Assembly (NCBI RefSeq): GCF_009914755.1
Contig: NC_060947.1
DNA from: the human T2T-CHM13v2.0 reference genome, Homo sapiens
DNA length: 64,000 nucleotides
Direction: 5' to 3' (one strand)
Shown here: positions 1 through 15,396 of the stretch, in pieces
Position numbering within the stretch: position 1 is the stretch's first letter
Layout of the letters: every line of letters begins with the position of its first letter
Notes under the pieces: generated by a model
What the model was told of the DNA's origin: nothing
Database searches by the model: none
Seen by the model: the letters and a program-made list of their open reading frames with translations, nothing else
Program-made: the position numbers and the translations under genes

Positions 1-689
1 TAGAAACATACACAAGAATATTAAGCAAAATACTGATGCAGCTGTTTAAAACAATTAGGTTGAATTCAATATATGTATATACACATATAAAATGTACCTG
101 AATAGTTAAACACTATAGAATTAGCAATGGATTATGGATATTTTTATTACTATTACAGATGTTATGGATGTTTTCATTACTGTTTTATTATTTTGTATTT
201 TCTGTAATGATCATGCACTGTATTGATAGTATAAAATCAAGTAATCAAATATTAGGAGAATAATTTTTTAAACCAAGTAGGCTGAACTCTGTTAAATAAT
301 ATGGAATGATGACATGTTATATAAAATGACTTAATTGCAGAAATATATATATGGAATGAATCTTTTGGACAAAATAATCACAGCTGTAAAATAGCATCAT
401 TCCTTAACTTAAATACACATTGCTCCCCATCTTTAACTAAGGATAATAGAACTTCCCGTGCACTCAAAAAAGTTTGCGTACAGACATGGTAGCTGTAGGT
501 TGATGATACAGAATCTAAATTCGTGTCAACTAGGAATGCAGTCTGCAGTTCTTTCCTTTACACACAGTTGTATTGTCTACTGTTTTGGAGGAAAATTGTG
601 AGAGAGAGGTTTAATGTTTAAAATGTTTCTCGTTGAACAGTATGGAGCATGATTTCTGGCCTCTGACCTGATTCCAAGTCCATGAAGCA

Positions 690-792
690 ATGATGACTGG
701 TAGAGAGAGTACACTCACCAGCTGGGAAAGCAGACAAACCTGGATTCTGATTTTGACTTCACAACTTCCCAGTCATGTGGCTCATTTCCTCA
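690..792 (+). mobile_element. MIR fragment
   Basis: cagacaaacctggattctgattttgacttcacaacttcccagtcatgtgg...ctcatttcctcat resembles the MIR core. Confidence 0.45.
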
Positions 793-1354
793 TACCCTTG
801 CAAACACTCTGTTGTATCATTTGTCTTTTACTCTGCAACTCTGAATAGGTGGAAAAAGTGAAATATCATTGTTGTTTATATTTGCCCTTTGTTATTACTG
901 AAGAGGAATACCATTGTATGTATCTATCAGCCATTTTATTACTGTGAGTGTGTTGAGAATATGAGTGGGCTCAATAAATACCATCTCATCCCCACTATGG
1001 TCAGGAACAAATTTAGATATACCACAATGTAAAATATTAGAGGCCACAAAATTTAGTCTAATATGCCAATAGACCATGGCACATTTATGGATTTATGGAT
1101 CATCTGAGGTAAACTTTGATTTCTGTGTTTCCATCTCCCATCTTTCCTATGTCTCCATGTTGCCTCTTGCTATAAACTAAAGCTGGTACCAAACTCTTTT
1201 ATTGGTGATAGCTGTATGATATAGTTTAATATATTGTGGTGCTGGTTTTCTCATTTTAAATGCATTATTGCCTGGTCCATTTTCCCATGTTTACATTTCC
1301 AGATGAGCTACAGTGTTGTATGTGTTTGTTCGTTTTTTAACCTATGAGGAAGGC

Positions 1355-1480
1355 TCTACTACTACCTTTATTTGACATTTGAGGAAACTTATGACACAGA
1401 AGGCTTAGAAATATGCTTAGACACATACAATAAGTAAGTGGCAAGACTTGGACTCAAAACCACAAGTCTTTCTGAATTTC
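1355..1480 (-). mobile_element. MIR
   Basis: tgaggaaactt...agtaagtggcaagacttggactcaaaacc is the typical reverse MIR core. Confidence 0.6.
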
Positions 1481-1942
1481 TATCTGAACAGAAAGCTCAA
1501 ATAAGAAAATGCTCCAAATTATTTCTCCATGACAAACTATGAGAGATTTAGACTTATTTTTTGAGCTATGACTCTCACCACACCCCACTAGGAAAAGGAT
1601 GGAAGGCTTTGTTCAGTGTTATAGCAAGAATGATTCTACTTCATCCTGGCCCTTTTTCCATTAATCTCTTGAGATTTGTGGTTGCTTTATCTTGCTTTAT
1701 AGTCATCCAATTGGACCACAGAAAGTGACTTACTCTGCTCATTAATCCCTGGATAAGCTGTTTCATACTGCATCTCTGTTCTCTGACTTTATTATTATGG
1801 GCGTGTAATGTGGTGATGTGTTTGGGAGGTCCTCTTTACCCTTTTAAAAAATCTATTGTTTAGTCTTATCTTTGTATCATCCTAAAAGGTCTAATTCCTA
1901 GCATCCTTTTGGAAGGTGTATCAATTTAGCACTGCGTTTCGT

Positions 1943-2170
1943 ATCAGTTACATGTTGCCATAACAATGGTGCATTAAAAAGACCTCAGTAGCCATTTAGA
2001 ACATAAGTCTGTAGCTGAGTGATTTAGTCTGGATTCAGTTGGGTGGTTTTTCTGATTATGGCTGGGTTCAACTGGATGTATGTGTGTCATCTGGCTGTTG
2101 GCTGACCTGGGCAGGACTCCTTTAAGAGGCCTGGGGTGACTTGACTATGGTCCACTTGTCTTTTGTACTT
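1943..2170 (-). mobile_element. MaLR LTR fragment (MLT1F/G-like)
   Basis: tatcagtta...gttgccataacaa terminus and gctgggttcaactgg/ggggtgactt motifs. Confidence 0.5.
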
Positions 2171-2339
2171 CATTGGGTTAGTCTTGGCACACCAAAAGGG
2201 CATTTTGGGGAAATTCCCAGTGGGGTGTGGGGAGCAGTTATGTCTCACCTCTTGAAGAACACTGGGGATATCTTTAGGGTTAGGCAACTTGGAGTCAGCT
2301 AGAAACAAAGAAGGAAGGCAGGGCACACAAATCTTGGTT

Positions 2340-4150
2340 GTGACAACATGCTCTTGCTAGCAAAGACTCCAGCCAGCAGCTGTACCTACATACAAGGCTG
2401 AGCTAGTGGCCCCATCTGACCAGGGAGCACAGTTGGCAGTTTTTTCCAGCTTGGGTTCCTAGCTAGAGGTCCAGCCTGGCCACAAAACCCATTATATAAA
2501 CCTACGCAGGCAAGGAGGCAAGCCAAAGACCCTGCTTAACTGCAGAACATAGCCTCCAGCCTACCTGACCAAGAAGGATGAACAGGAACACTGCCCAGAC
2601 TCAGAGCTGAGTGTATGGCCCCACATGGGCAAAGAGCCAAGCTGGTAACACCACCTAACTGGGGAGCATAGCCTGTAGCCTTATTTAACCATGGAGCCAG
2701 AACAGTGAGCCTACCCAGCTGTGGATCCTTGCCTATGGCCCTACCCTTTCCAGAAGCCAAGCCAGCAGTCCTACCCAACTGAGGAGCATAGCCTGGCTCC
2801 ATTCAACTAGGGAGGCTGGCCAGCAACCCCAGCCAGCCACAGAGCCCAGCCTACAGCACCACCCAGTCATGAAACCCAGCCTACCACCTTGCCCAGTGAT
2901 GAAGCCCATTCTACAACCCTGCCTGATTGTTGAGCACAGCCTGTGGCCGTGCCCAAGCAAGGATTCCATTCAATGACTTCACCTAATTGCATACAAAGCC
3001 TGAGACCCTGTACAACCAGGGAACCCAGTCAGTGATCACAATCTACACAACCCAATCTGCAGCCCTGCCTGATTGCAGAAACCAGCATTTAGCCCAACTC
3101 AACTGCAGGGTACAACTTGTGGTCTCAACTGACCATGCAGCCCTTCCAGCAGCCCTGCCCAACCATGGAGCTCAGCCAGCAGTCCCACATGATTGTAGAG
3201 CACAGCGTGCAGCCCTGCCCAGCTGTGAAGTATAGTCTATGACCCTACCCTGACCAATCTGGTGCCTGGTAGCAAACTAAACCAACTGGGGAGCATAGAC
3301 AGAACTTTGACAGCATAGGGAAACCAGCCATTGAACTTGCCCAACTGTGCTGTGATGCACAGCCTACAGCCCTACCCAAATGCAGAGCCCAGCCTGTGGC
3401 ACTGCCTAACTGCAGAGCACAGACTGAGGCCCTTTCTGAATGAGGAGTCTATCCAGTGGCACCACCTGGATAGGGAGCACAGTCTCAGGCCTCTCCCAAA
3501 TACTGGTATTGTGAATCCCAGACTGCAGCTCTATCTAATCACAGAATTCAGTCAGTGACACCACCTGGCCAGGGAGCACTGCCTGTGACTGTGTCTGAGC
3601 AGATGCTATCACGGAGCCCAGCTATTGGCCCTGCCTGACTATAGAGCCCAGCCAGCGGCCCACATGACTTCAGAGCACATCTAGCAAGTCTACTTGACTG
3701 CAGAGCCTAGCAAGTGGCCCTACCTGACCTCAGACATTGGTCAGCAGCCACACCAAACTAGACACCCCAAGGGTAAGCCCTGTCTACCTACAGACTCTAT
3801 CAGCTGGCCTATCCAGAAACCTAGACTGGACTGACTAGCGAAGGTCTTTTTGCCAACGAAAACCTTTAAAGACTGGAAGAGGTGACTATTTCCAAAAATG
3901 CACAGACACAAATGTAAGGATAAAAGGATCATAAAGAATCAGGAAAACGTGATACCATCAAGAGAAACAAATAAATCTCTAATAACTGACACTAAAGAAA
4001 TGTAGTTCTATGACCTGATTCAGAATAATCCTCTTAGAGAAATTCAGTGAACTCCAAGAAGATATAGATAACAACTAAACCAAATTAAGATAAGAATACA
4101 CGGATGACATGAAAAGCACAAAAAAAGAGACACAAATCAGAACAAAACCA
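2340..4150 (+). mobile_element. Old L1M 5' UTR (tandem-repeat type) and start of ORF1
   Basis: A C-rich repeat region runs into cacagacacaaatgtaagg...aagaatcaggaaaacgtgataccatcaagagaaacaaataaa...ttcagtgaactccaagaa, which resembles the L1M ORF1 N-terminus. Confidence 0.7.
2380..3780 (+). repeat. Degenerate ~30-bp tandem array, consensus approx AGCCTGTGGCCCTGCCTGACTGCAGAGCAC
   Basis: Consecutive 30-mers at 3361-3510, e.g. agcctacagccctacccaaatgcagagccc / agcctgtggcactgcctaactgcagagcac / agactgaggccctttctgaatgaggagtct. Confidence 0.85.
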
Positions 4151-4199
4151 AATAATTCAAATGCTGCCATTTCATTTTATTGATTGTTTCTCTGGCTGT

Positions 4200-5265
4200 A
4201 CTTTTACACATTACTTTTCAACTCATTTGGGTAAATACCAAAGAGTACTACTGTTGGATCACATGGTATGAGTACATTTAGCTTTGTAAAAAACTGCCAA
4301 TTGTCTTCCAAAATGGCTGTACCAATTGGCATTTACCAGCAAGGAATGGGAGTTCCTGTTGCTTTGCATTCTCACCAGCTTTTGGGGTTGTCAGTGTTTT
4401 GAATTTTGGCCATTATTATAAGTGGGTAGCGTAACTCACTGTTGTTTTACTTTGCAATTCCCTAATGACATGGTCATGTTAAACATCTTTTCATATGCTT
4501 ATTTTCCATCTGTATATCTTCTTTGGTGAGGTATCTGTTTAGGTCTTTTGCCCATTTTTTAATCAGCTTGCTCATTTTCGTATCGTTGAGTTTGAAGAGT
4601 TGGATATTTTGGAGAGCAGTCTTTTCTCACATGTCTTTTGCAAACATATTTTTCCAGTCTGCTGTGTGAATTGTCTTCTTTTTCTCTTGACAGTATCTTT
4701 CACAGAGAAGAATTTTTTAATTTTAATGAAGTCCAGTTTATCAATTATTTCTTTCATAGATTGTGCCTTTAGTACCTATAAAGTCATTGCCACACCCAAG
4801 GTCACTTTGGTTTTCTCCTGTTATCTTCCAGGAGTTTTATAGTTTTGTGATTTACATTTATGTCTTGATGCATTTTTAGTTAACTTTTATGAAAGGTATA
4901 AGGTCTGTATCTAAATTCTTCTTCTTTTTTTTGAATTTGGTTGTCTAGTTCTTGTAGCATCGTTTGTTCTCTCCATTGTATTGCCTTTGCTTCTCTGTCA
5001 AAGTTCAGTTGGCTATATTTACGTGGGTCTATTTCTGGGCTCTCTATTCTGTTCTGTTGATCTATTTATCTATTCTTTCACCAATACCACATTGCCTTGA
5101 TTACTGTAGCTTTATTGTGAGTCTTGGAGTCAGGTAGAGTCAGTCCTCTCATTTGTTGTCTCCTTCAATATTGTGTTGGCTATTTGGAGGCCTTTTGCCT
5201 CTCCATATAAACTTTAGAGTCAGTTTATTGATATCCACACAATTATTTACTGGGATTTTGATCTG
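4200..5265 (-). mobile_element. L1MC-type ORF2 3' region
   Basis: ORF 4572..4757(-) IDKLDFIKIKKFFSVKDTVKR is L1 ORF2 C-terminal sequence. Confidence 0.85.
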
Positions 5266-6204
5266 AGCTCCCATGTGTTTTTTAATCTCAAACATGGTAA
5301 TTTTCATCTCTAGCACTACAAGATATTTTTAAAATAGCCTTCTGTACTGCTGTATAACTGTTTGGACATATGAAATGTAGTTATAATAACTCTTCTAATG
5401 TCAGTTCTAAGTCAGTTTTGATTGATTGATTATTCTCCTTATTATGGATTATGTTTTTCTGCTTCACCAAATGCCTATTAATCATTAAATGGATGTCAGT
5501 TGCTGTGAATTTTACTTCGTTGGGTGCTGGAATTTTTGTATTTTCATACATGTTCTTGATTTTGTTCTGAGATGCATTTAAGTTACTTAAAAATAGCTTG
5601 ACTCTTTTAGGTATTGCTTTTTTGACTGTGTTAAGCAGGTTTGGAGTTATATTCCATCCAGGGTTGATTATTCTGTTATTGATGTAAGACCATCCTGTGT
5701 ATTCAACCAAATACCAAGTGAATTAGAAGTTTTTCCAGTCTGGCTAGTGGGAAGAAGCACTTTTCCCTTCTCTGTGTGAGCACTAGAGAGAGTTCTCTGA
5801 TACTTTCAAGTTTGGTTTTTTTTTTCATGAGCTTGGGGTAATTTTCTCATGTACATATACCGATTACGATTCTTAGTATTTTCGGGAACTCTCTAACAAC
5901 CTAGGAGTTTCTTTCTGTGAAGGTTCCTTTATGTTCTATCCTACAAGCTCTAGCCACCTTGATTTTCTCAGATTCTTAGTTCCAACTTTTCTACTCATGT
6001 AGTCCACTAGGCTTCACTTCAGTTCCTCTCCCCACACCGTGACCAGAACATTCTCTATAACTACCAAGTTGGAGCAATATAGGACTCACTTTGTTGTTTT
6101 ACAGGCTCTAAGTTACCACTGCCCTTTGCTGATTTTTGTTTAGTGTTTTGAATACTATTATTCATATTTTTCTATTTATTATGGCTGTTTCACAAGAAGT
6201 TGAG

Positions 6205-6690
6205 GTAGGATGAATTATGAAAAATCCCTCCCAAATCTCCACATCCTAATGCTCAAAATCTGTGAATATGTTACCTATTGCAAAAGGAACTTTACAGTTG
6301 TGATTAAGTTAAGGATCTTGAATGAGGAAATTACCCTGCAATATCTTCATTGACCAAGTATAATTTCAAGTATTCTTGAAATAAAGAAGTCAATATGAAC
6401 ATAGAAGTAGAGAGAGATTTGAAGATACCACCTTGCTGGCTTTGATGATGGAAGAAGGAGCCATGAGCCAACGAATGCAAAGTATGCATCTGTAGATGCT
6501 GGACAAGACAGGGAAACGGATTCTCTCTTAAAGCCTCCAGAGAAACATGGTCCTGCTGATATATTGTTTCTTTCCCAGTGAGATTTATTTCCGACTTCTG
6601 ATTTCCAGAACCGTGACATGATGAATGTGCATTGTTTTAAGCCACTAAGTTTGTGGTTATTTGTTACAGCAGCAATAGGACACAAATACA
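6205..6690 (+). mobile_element. MLT1C/D MaLR LTR
   Basis: Ends ...gccactaagtttgtggttatttgttacagcagcaataggacacaaataca. Confidence 0.85.
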
Positions 6691-7384
6691 GAGGGTAAAT
6701 TTTTTCCTTGTTACTCCATCATAGGTGAAAAAAAAGCAATAATATTCACTGTACATGAGTTATTCCTGAGGAAAAAAAGAAACAATTCTCAACTAATTAA
6801 ATGGGGCCAGCATTACCCTAAAATAAAAAAAAAAAATCACATGAAATGAAAACTACAGACCAAAGTGCCTCACTATTTTAAAAATATTTTAGCAGATTAA
6901 ACCCACAATATATAACAAGAATAATACAGTGTTATCAAATGGAGTTCATCTCAGGAATGGACAGGTGGTTGATTTACTTCCTTTCCTCCAGATACCTGTC
7001 TCCCTCTGAAACTTCCTATGAACACAACATAACAACGAACCAGTTGGCAAAGCAGAAACAGAGTTAGCAGAGATAAAGCTTAAGTATCACAGAGCACAAT
7101 CAGAAATGTGAGGCCGAGAGACTTAGACATACCTTATTTACCAACTGCTTACTAAAACAGATTTCCTACATAGTAAACAATAATAAATATTTTAAATATT
7201 CTGCCTTTCTTTTGAAACCTAATGAATGAATAGGAAAACTATTATATCAACAAAAATCACAACCAAAATTCAACTACTGAGAACAAAAGCTTTATTAAGG
7301 AGCTTATATTTTATGCTTATTGTAAAGGGGAACCATTTACAGATTTTAATTACTGATGTAGTAAGTTGAAAGTTTTCTTTTAGA

Positions 7385-7860
7385 GTAGCAATTTCCAAAG
7401 GGGTGTTCTGATACCTAGAGGGCGCACGAATGATTCATGGAGTCCAGAAAAAAGGTATTAGTATTCCCATTATACCCGTTATATCTCACAATTAATTTGT
7501 TTTAAAATTTGTGCATAGCCAGAGCAACAAAGCAAGACCGCATCTCTACAAAAAATTTAAAAAAATTAGTCAAGCATGATGGCATGCACCTGTAATCATA
7601 GATACTCAGGAGGCTGAGGTGGGAGGATCACTTAAGACTCGGAGGTTGAGAGGCTGCAGTGAGATGCAACCATGCCACGGCACCCCAGCCTGGGCAATAG
7701 AGCAAAACCCTATCTCAAAAAAAATTTGCACATTCATAATTTACCCTCCTCAAATTTCCATATATATATAGTATAAATGAAGATATATCTTTTAGGGGTT
7801 CAGCAAAAATATTTCTTGAGAGAGGTGCATACTCAAAAAGGTGTGCAAACTTCTGCTTTA
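7385..7860. mobile_element. hAT-Charlie/MER-type DNA transposon remnant split by an Alu
   Basis: tagagtagcaatttccaaagggg ... aaaaggtgtgcaaacttctgcttta resemble Charlie terminal inverted repeats. Confidence 0.4.
7517..7724 (+). mobile_element. 5'-truncated AluJ
   Basis: End of left arm, linker, right arm with gggaggatcactt, A-tail. Confidence 0.9.
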
Positions 7861-9074
7861 CAAATTCAAAGATTACAGAGCTCTCACACTACAGGTGTCA
7901 GCTGAGGACACAGAAACAATGAAGGAAATGGAATAACTGGTGACTCAGCCACTTTAGTTTCTTTGCAGCAGTGGCTGCCAGCCTCCCCATGTAACAAGTA
8001 ATCAGCCCCCACATTTGCAGCCATATATTCAATTATTACCTTCCCCCTCATATACACATACATTCACAGTGACGGTAGACACCCAAATTATCTTATTTTA
8101 ATGCAATTATCACACACTTTCTGCCTATAAACATCCAAGTCCAATATTTCACCTCCCAGGATAAGATGGCATAGTCCAGTTGTCATAGAAACCAGAAGTA
8201 CATCATGTTATTATGGTTAATGACAGTTTTCTATGGCAACTGGATAGTGCAAATTCATTCTCAGAGGCCAAATTTTAATCTCTACCTCAGAAACTTGAAC
8301 CCCTCAATCTAATAAATGAGTGAATACCAGAAACTCACCAAGAGATATGCATTAGAGGGAAAATCTTTCTATACAGTGGTTTAGGGAATCAGTTTAGATA
8401 GAAGGATTGACAGTTTTGGCTTTCTTGTCAGACACACATCTGTGTTCCAGTCCCAGCACTGCACATCCTTGTACGATGTCCATAATACATTCTGGTCTGA
8501 AAGAGATCTCAGAGGTCACTCAGTCCTGATTCCGCTCTCACTTCCACATGGCATCTAATGACACAAATTCTCAAAGAGAGGGGGGAAATGAAGGCATGTC
8601 TGAAATACTCTCATTTCCCTTCAGTAAGTGCCTCAGATGTGAATCACAGAAGGACTTAGAACTCTTCTGTCTACCTGCAACCAGCAACTCACAAACTCAA
8701 CAAAGACAACGGTCACTTAGAATGCCAGATACCAGAAAATGGTTTTCAGAAGCACCTGTCAGCACATGCCTTTGCTGAAGATCTCTCTCTCTGTGCAATA
8801 TGTAGTGCATCTCAGTCATCACAGAAATTATATTTTGCCTAAGTCATAAGATAAACTTCTCCTTCCTATGATTACTCTAAAATTATCTGTAGAGCCAGAA
8901 ATCATACTCCTGTCATTCAGAAAAGTCCATAGTCTTAAGGAAATAATTACAAGATTTGTTATTACATTAAATTATGTTATGACAAATTGCCTGACAAAAT
9001 CAAAGCTACAAAAAGGAGGGGAGGGGAATACCAAAATAAAATAACAAAATAGACAAAAATGGTCTATTCAAAAC

Positions 9075-9430
9075 TTAAATACTTCTCTTGAGAATGTTTT
9101 AATCTACATTCAATAGGGACATTGTTCTGTAGTTTCCTTTTCTGGTTATGCTTGTGTGCATGTTTTGTATTATGGTAATCCTGGCCTATTAGAATGAATT
9201 GGGAAATGTTCCTTTCTCTTCTCTTTTTTGAAAGTGTGTGTGAAGGATTTATATTCATTCTTCATTAAAAATTGGTAGACTGCATCAGTGACACCATCTG
9301 GATCTGGGGTATTCTTTGCATGAAGATTTTTAATTAATTTAATCTCTTTAATTGTTATAAGTCTATTAATCTATTTCTTTTTGAGTTGATTTTAACAATT
9401 TTTGTCCTTACATAAATTTGCTTATAATAT
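9075..9430 (-). mobile_element. Old L1 ORF2 fragment
   Basis: Reverse complement of the PDGFTxEF / LPNSFYEA region. Confidence 0.7.
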
Positions 9431-10255
9431 GTAGTATTTCATGTTTCCAAATTGTCATGGCAACTGATGTATAAAAATAGTGTGAAAGAATAAAGCTTTG
9501 AAGCAATCTATTATTAAAAAACAAAATTAAATACTATGTATCCATTATAAAAATGAGGCAAATTTAAATATACCAACAGGAAAAATAGTAAAATAAAATC
9601 AAGTAATGGACTAATAAGTAACAAATTGTGTCATGCATTATAAAACATGCATATTGAAAAAGATGACCATATTTCTTCTTAAGACATAATTACTGATAAA
9701 TGCATAGATAAAAGGACTTGAATGTTATACACCAAACTGTCGAAATTGTTGCATATGAAGTTAAGGTAGTAGCATTATGGGAGATTTGCTGAAATAAAGT
9801 TTTAGAATTCCTTTAATTTTTTAATGTTTTACAAGAATAACCAATTGATATTTTTACCTATGCAACTAAATATTAGTTTTAATAATACTATACAGATACA
9901 GGAAATGGTAAATCTGGCATGAGTGAAAAAAAAACCAGACAAGTATAGCAATTTTAACATTAGATAAAGTAAAATTCAAGGACAGTAGCTTTAAGAAGAC
10001 ATAAAGGGATATTTTATAAATATAATGCTAGAATAATCAAGATAATTGGCTGAGGTGGCACTGAGAAAAAAAGGAAACACAGGAAGGAGGAAACTTCCAA
10101 TCCCTCTGTCAGACTTGCAGTCTCCTCACAACCACTAATGTCATAGACAGGGAGCCCCTGGAAAAGGAAAAATATAGACACAATACCAAAATGCAAAGAA
10201 CAGAATATTGAAGGTTTCATAAACAATACAATCCACTTTTTGCCTGCTAAGAACA

Positions 10256-10256
<1 letters not shown>

Positions 10257-10290
<34 letters not shown>
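10257..10290. repeat. (CA)n microsatellite
   Basis: Direct reading. Confidence 0.95.
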
Positions 10291-10633
10291 TCCATGCATT
10301 TTAATGAATTTTTATATTTCCATACATCAATAAAGCCTACCACTTTTTCCTAAGAAAATAAGTGTCCTTTATACAAGCAAAATAGTCTCACCATCTTCCC
10401 TCATCCACTCCCCCAAAAACAGACAAAGTCCTAAAAGTAATCCTATCCAAATATGGATGCCAGTCATCATATATTTTTTGAGTCAATCAATGCCACTCAC
10501 TCTTCAAATTCAGTCACTGTTTGAGCTGAATATTCCATACAATAAGGTCTATACTGCAAGTTTAACCACCAATAACAATCAGTACACACAATAATCAGAA
10601 GTATTATAAAAGAGATAGAATAGGAAAGTAATT

Positions 10634-10875
10634 TATATATACAAATATATATGTGTATATATGTATACATACAAATATATATGTGTATATATGTATACAT
10701 ACAAATATATATGTGTATATATGTATACATACAAATATATATGTGTATATATGTATACATACAAATATATATGTGTATATATGTATACATACAAATATAT
10801 ATGTATACATACAAATATATATGTGTATATATGTATACATACAAATATATATGTATACACACAAATATATACAAA
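10634..10875. repeat. 30-bp AT-rich minisatellite (GTATACATACAAATATATATGTGTATATAT)n, about 7-8 units
   Basis: Near-perfect repeats visible; they generate the spurious YIHIYICM ORFs. Confidence 0.95.
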
Positions 10876-10959
10876 GAAGCAAAGAAAAAATATATATTGC
10901 TGCTAACCTCCTCATTTCTTTAACTATCCACAGAATCATAGTTAATATTTATATAACTA

Positions 10960-11330
10960 TTTATAACTACCTTATTGTACAGACTATTCCCCGTTTCCTT
11001 TGGCTTCAGGCAGGACTCCATATCATCAAAGTTCTATATCTCACCAGTTAACCCATTCATTCCTGGAAGGTCAGAATCCTCAGGAATCTTGCCTTTTATT
11101 TTTGTTATTATAGCTTTGCATTAGTGTTTGCTACTACACATGGAATTACTAAAAGTTATTCCCAGAGAAATCCGTAATTTATACACATGCCCCCATTGTG
11201 AAACTGCAACCTGATTTCTCCTTGGTGAACGTCATAAATCATACCCAACAGTAGAGTGATCCCATTATTTTCCTGTTGTTTCAGTGGCATGAAAAACCTG
11301 CAAGAGCCAGGAGCAAGAGTCTACTTCCAA
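10960..11330 (-). mobile_element. Ancient ERVL-class internal fragment
   Basis: Resembles the reverse ERVL 3' pol region (cattcctggaaggtcagaatcc, tttgcattagt...ttttcctgttgtttcagtggcatg). Confidence 0.45.
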
Positions 11331-11810
11331 AATAATTAATATCAGCATAAAACAGTATCTTAAAGGAAAAAGCAGTAAGACATCAACAGCCTCTTGAAAC
11401 AAAAAAAAGTGAAAACAATGGATTGATCTCTTAAAGATGCTGAAAAAATATTATAGGAAGCTTAGAATTTTATGTATAGTGAGCCTAACCTTCAAAATTG
11501 AAGGCAGATTTCAGAGTTTGTCTATGAGAAGCTGAGCAACTGGTATAAAACTATCCATTTTGTCATAAACAACCATAAATCTAGACAAAATATATCAGAG
11601 ACATTTGGAGAAAACCATATACAACAAATGCAAAATTCGTATTTCTTTCGAGTATATATGGAATGTTTACAAAACAGATCATGTGCTAGCCATAAAACAA
11701 AATCAAAATCAATTAATTTCAAAATATTTGAATACCAGATAGTTTGCTATCCAAACACAAGGAAATGAATCTAGAAATCAAATGCCAGAAGAAATAGGAA
11801 AAATTCCCAA

Positions 11811-11813
<3 letters not shown>

Positions 11814-11854
<41 letters not shown>
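11814..11854. repeat. (TG)n microsatellite
   Basis: Direct reading. Confidence 0.95.
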
Positions 11855-11856
<2 letters not shown>

Positions 11857-13302
11857 TCTAAAAGCCCCGTTGGTCAACAATAATCTACAACGGTGATAAA
11901 GAAAGGCTTCAAACGCAACAAAAATTAAAACATATCAAGTAAAAAATGTGTGAAATTTAGCTTTTAGAAAAATTTATAGCCATAAATAGCTATATTAAAA
12001 AAGCAAATTTTCAATCAACAGCCTAAGTTTTTACTAGAATAGAAAAATTGAGTCAATTTAAGCACAAGATATGGAGAAGGAAATAAATAATAGGGTCAAT
12101 ACTATAGAAGACAAATTATAGAGGAAATTAACAAAGGCAAAATTAAAAAAATATTTATAAAATTGACGAACTACATGCTGGAATAATCAAGAAAGAGGGA
12201 AACACAATGAGCCAATACCAGAAAACAAAGATGGGCTATCACTACAGATTCTATAGACGTTAAAATAATAAAAGAATTTTATGAACATTGTATGCCAATA
12301 CATTTAAAAACAGATGACATTGACAGAGTTATTTGAAAGGGCAATTTACCAATACCACAACAGTGAGAAACAGGAAATTTGGGTAGCTTGATATCTATGA
12401 AATAAATTCACCTCAAAATAAAAAATTTTCCCAGAGGATGGGAGGAAGCCCCAGACCCAAATGATCTCAATATGAAATCTATCAAACACTGAAGTAAGAA
12501 ATAAGACCAATCTTACACTAAAAACTGTTAATAGAGGAGAAAAATGCTTTCAAATCATTTAATGAGACCAGAATAACAGCTCACATATAAACCATGATTG
12601 ACGCCATGATTATTGTCTATTTTTCTTACAATTAAGAAAAAGACATCACAAGTAAAGCAATATGAAGGCAAATATCTTTCATGATTATAGATATAAAAAT
12701 CTTCACCATGATATTTGCAAATCTATAAATATATAAAAATAATTATACATCATGGTGAAGTGAAGTTCATCTCAAGAATGGAAGGTTGTTTCAACTTTCA
12801 AAAATCAATAATTGTAAGTCACCACATTTTAAGTTAAAAGGAGATAAACATGAAGACATATGATAATTTCAATAGACACAAAAAAATGATTTGAGAAAAT
12901 TCATCACTAGCTTCATGATTTTTAAGAAAACCCTCTTAGCAAACTATGTAGAGAAGAACCTATCTCAAAATGATAAAGAGCAGCTACAAAAATTCCACAA
13001 CTAACACCATATTTAATGTTAGTAAATAAAGTAGTAAATGCTTTATCCTAAGATCGGGATCAAGGCAGGATGCCCAGTTTTATCACCTCTATTAAATATT
13101 GTAGTAGAAATTCTAGCCATTACACAAAAAGAAGACATTAATCTGTCTTGATTAATATGACATACAACATAATTCTTGATGTAGAAAATTTTAGAACTAT
13201 AAAAGAACCAGTAGAATTAATAACTGAAATTAACCAAAGATGCAGGATATAAAGTTAGTATAAAAATCAGATTCATTTTTAATAGTAACAATAAATAATT
13301 CA

Positions 13303-13816
<514 letters not shown>

Positions 13817-13891
13817 ACCATACAAAACAATCAAAATAATACAATGCTTAGAAATAAATTTAATAAAATATAGGTAAGACCACATCATTGA

Positions 13892-14316
<425 letters not shown>

Positions 14317-15028
14317 TCAATACTCTTAAGATGTTAATTCTCTTCAAAGTGTTCTATGGAATCAATGCCACCTCAATCAAAATCACAGAAAGCTTTTATT
14401 TGTAAAAATTGAAGGGCTGCTTCTAAAATGTATATGTAAATGCGAACTTTGAATAACAAAGACAATGACAAAGTTGGAGGACTTACCCAATCTTAAATTG
14501 TAAGGTTTGCCACAAAGCTGCAGTGATCAGTACAGTACTGTGTTGGCTTAAAGAAAGATGTATAGATTTAAAAGGGCAGAATAGAGTCCAGAAACAGACC
14601 TGCACTTTGATGATCAATCACTTTAGGCAAAGGAATCAATACAATTCAATGGGAGAAAGAATAGTCTTCTCGTCAAATGGTGTCAGGAGAACTAGGTATC
14701 CGTAAGAAAAGTGAATCTCAAGCCCTAAATCACATCATTCACAAAAATTAATTAGAATTATAAACCTAAATGCAAAAGATATTTTTTTCTAGAAAACAGC
14801 ATAGGAGAAAATTTTCATACACTTGGGGTAGGTAAGGATTTCTTAAAGATAACACAAAACGCGCCAATAGAATAAAATATTTTAAAATTGGACTTCACTC
14901 ATGTTTAACTTTTCTTGATATTCAATAAACATTAAGAAAATAAAAAGGCAAGCCAATTCAATGCGATAAAATATTCACAATAAATTTATCTGACAATTGA
15001 CTAGATCCCAGGATATATAAATAACTCA

Positions 15029-15396
<368 letters not shown>

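Noticed and set aside
2380-3780. CRISPR-like periodic array and its short ORFs
   Set aside because: Eukaryotic context; degenerate contiguous monomers with no unique spacers; runs into L1 ORF1
8440-8510. Minus-strand PECIMDIVQG resembling ERVL protease PECIIGIDIL
   Set aside because: Too short to support a call
10497-11051. Several 75-132 aa ORFs
   Set aside because: Artifacts of a stop-free AT minisatellite
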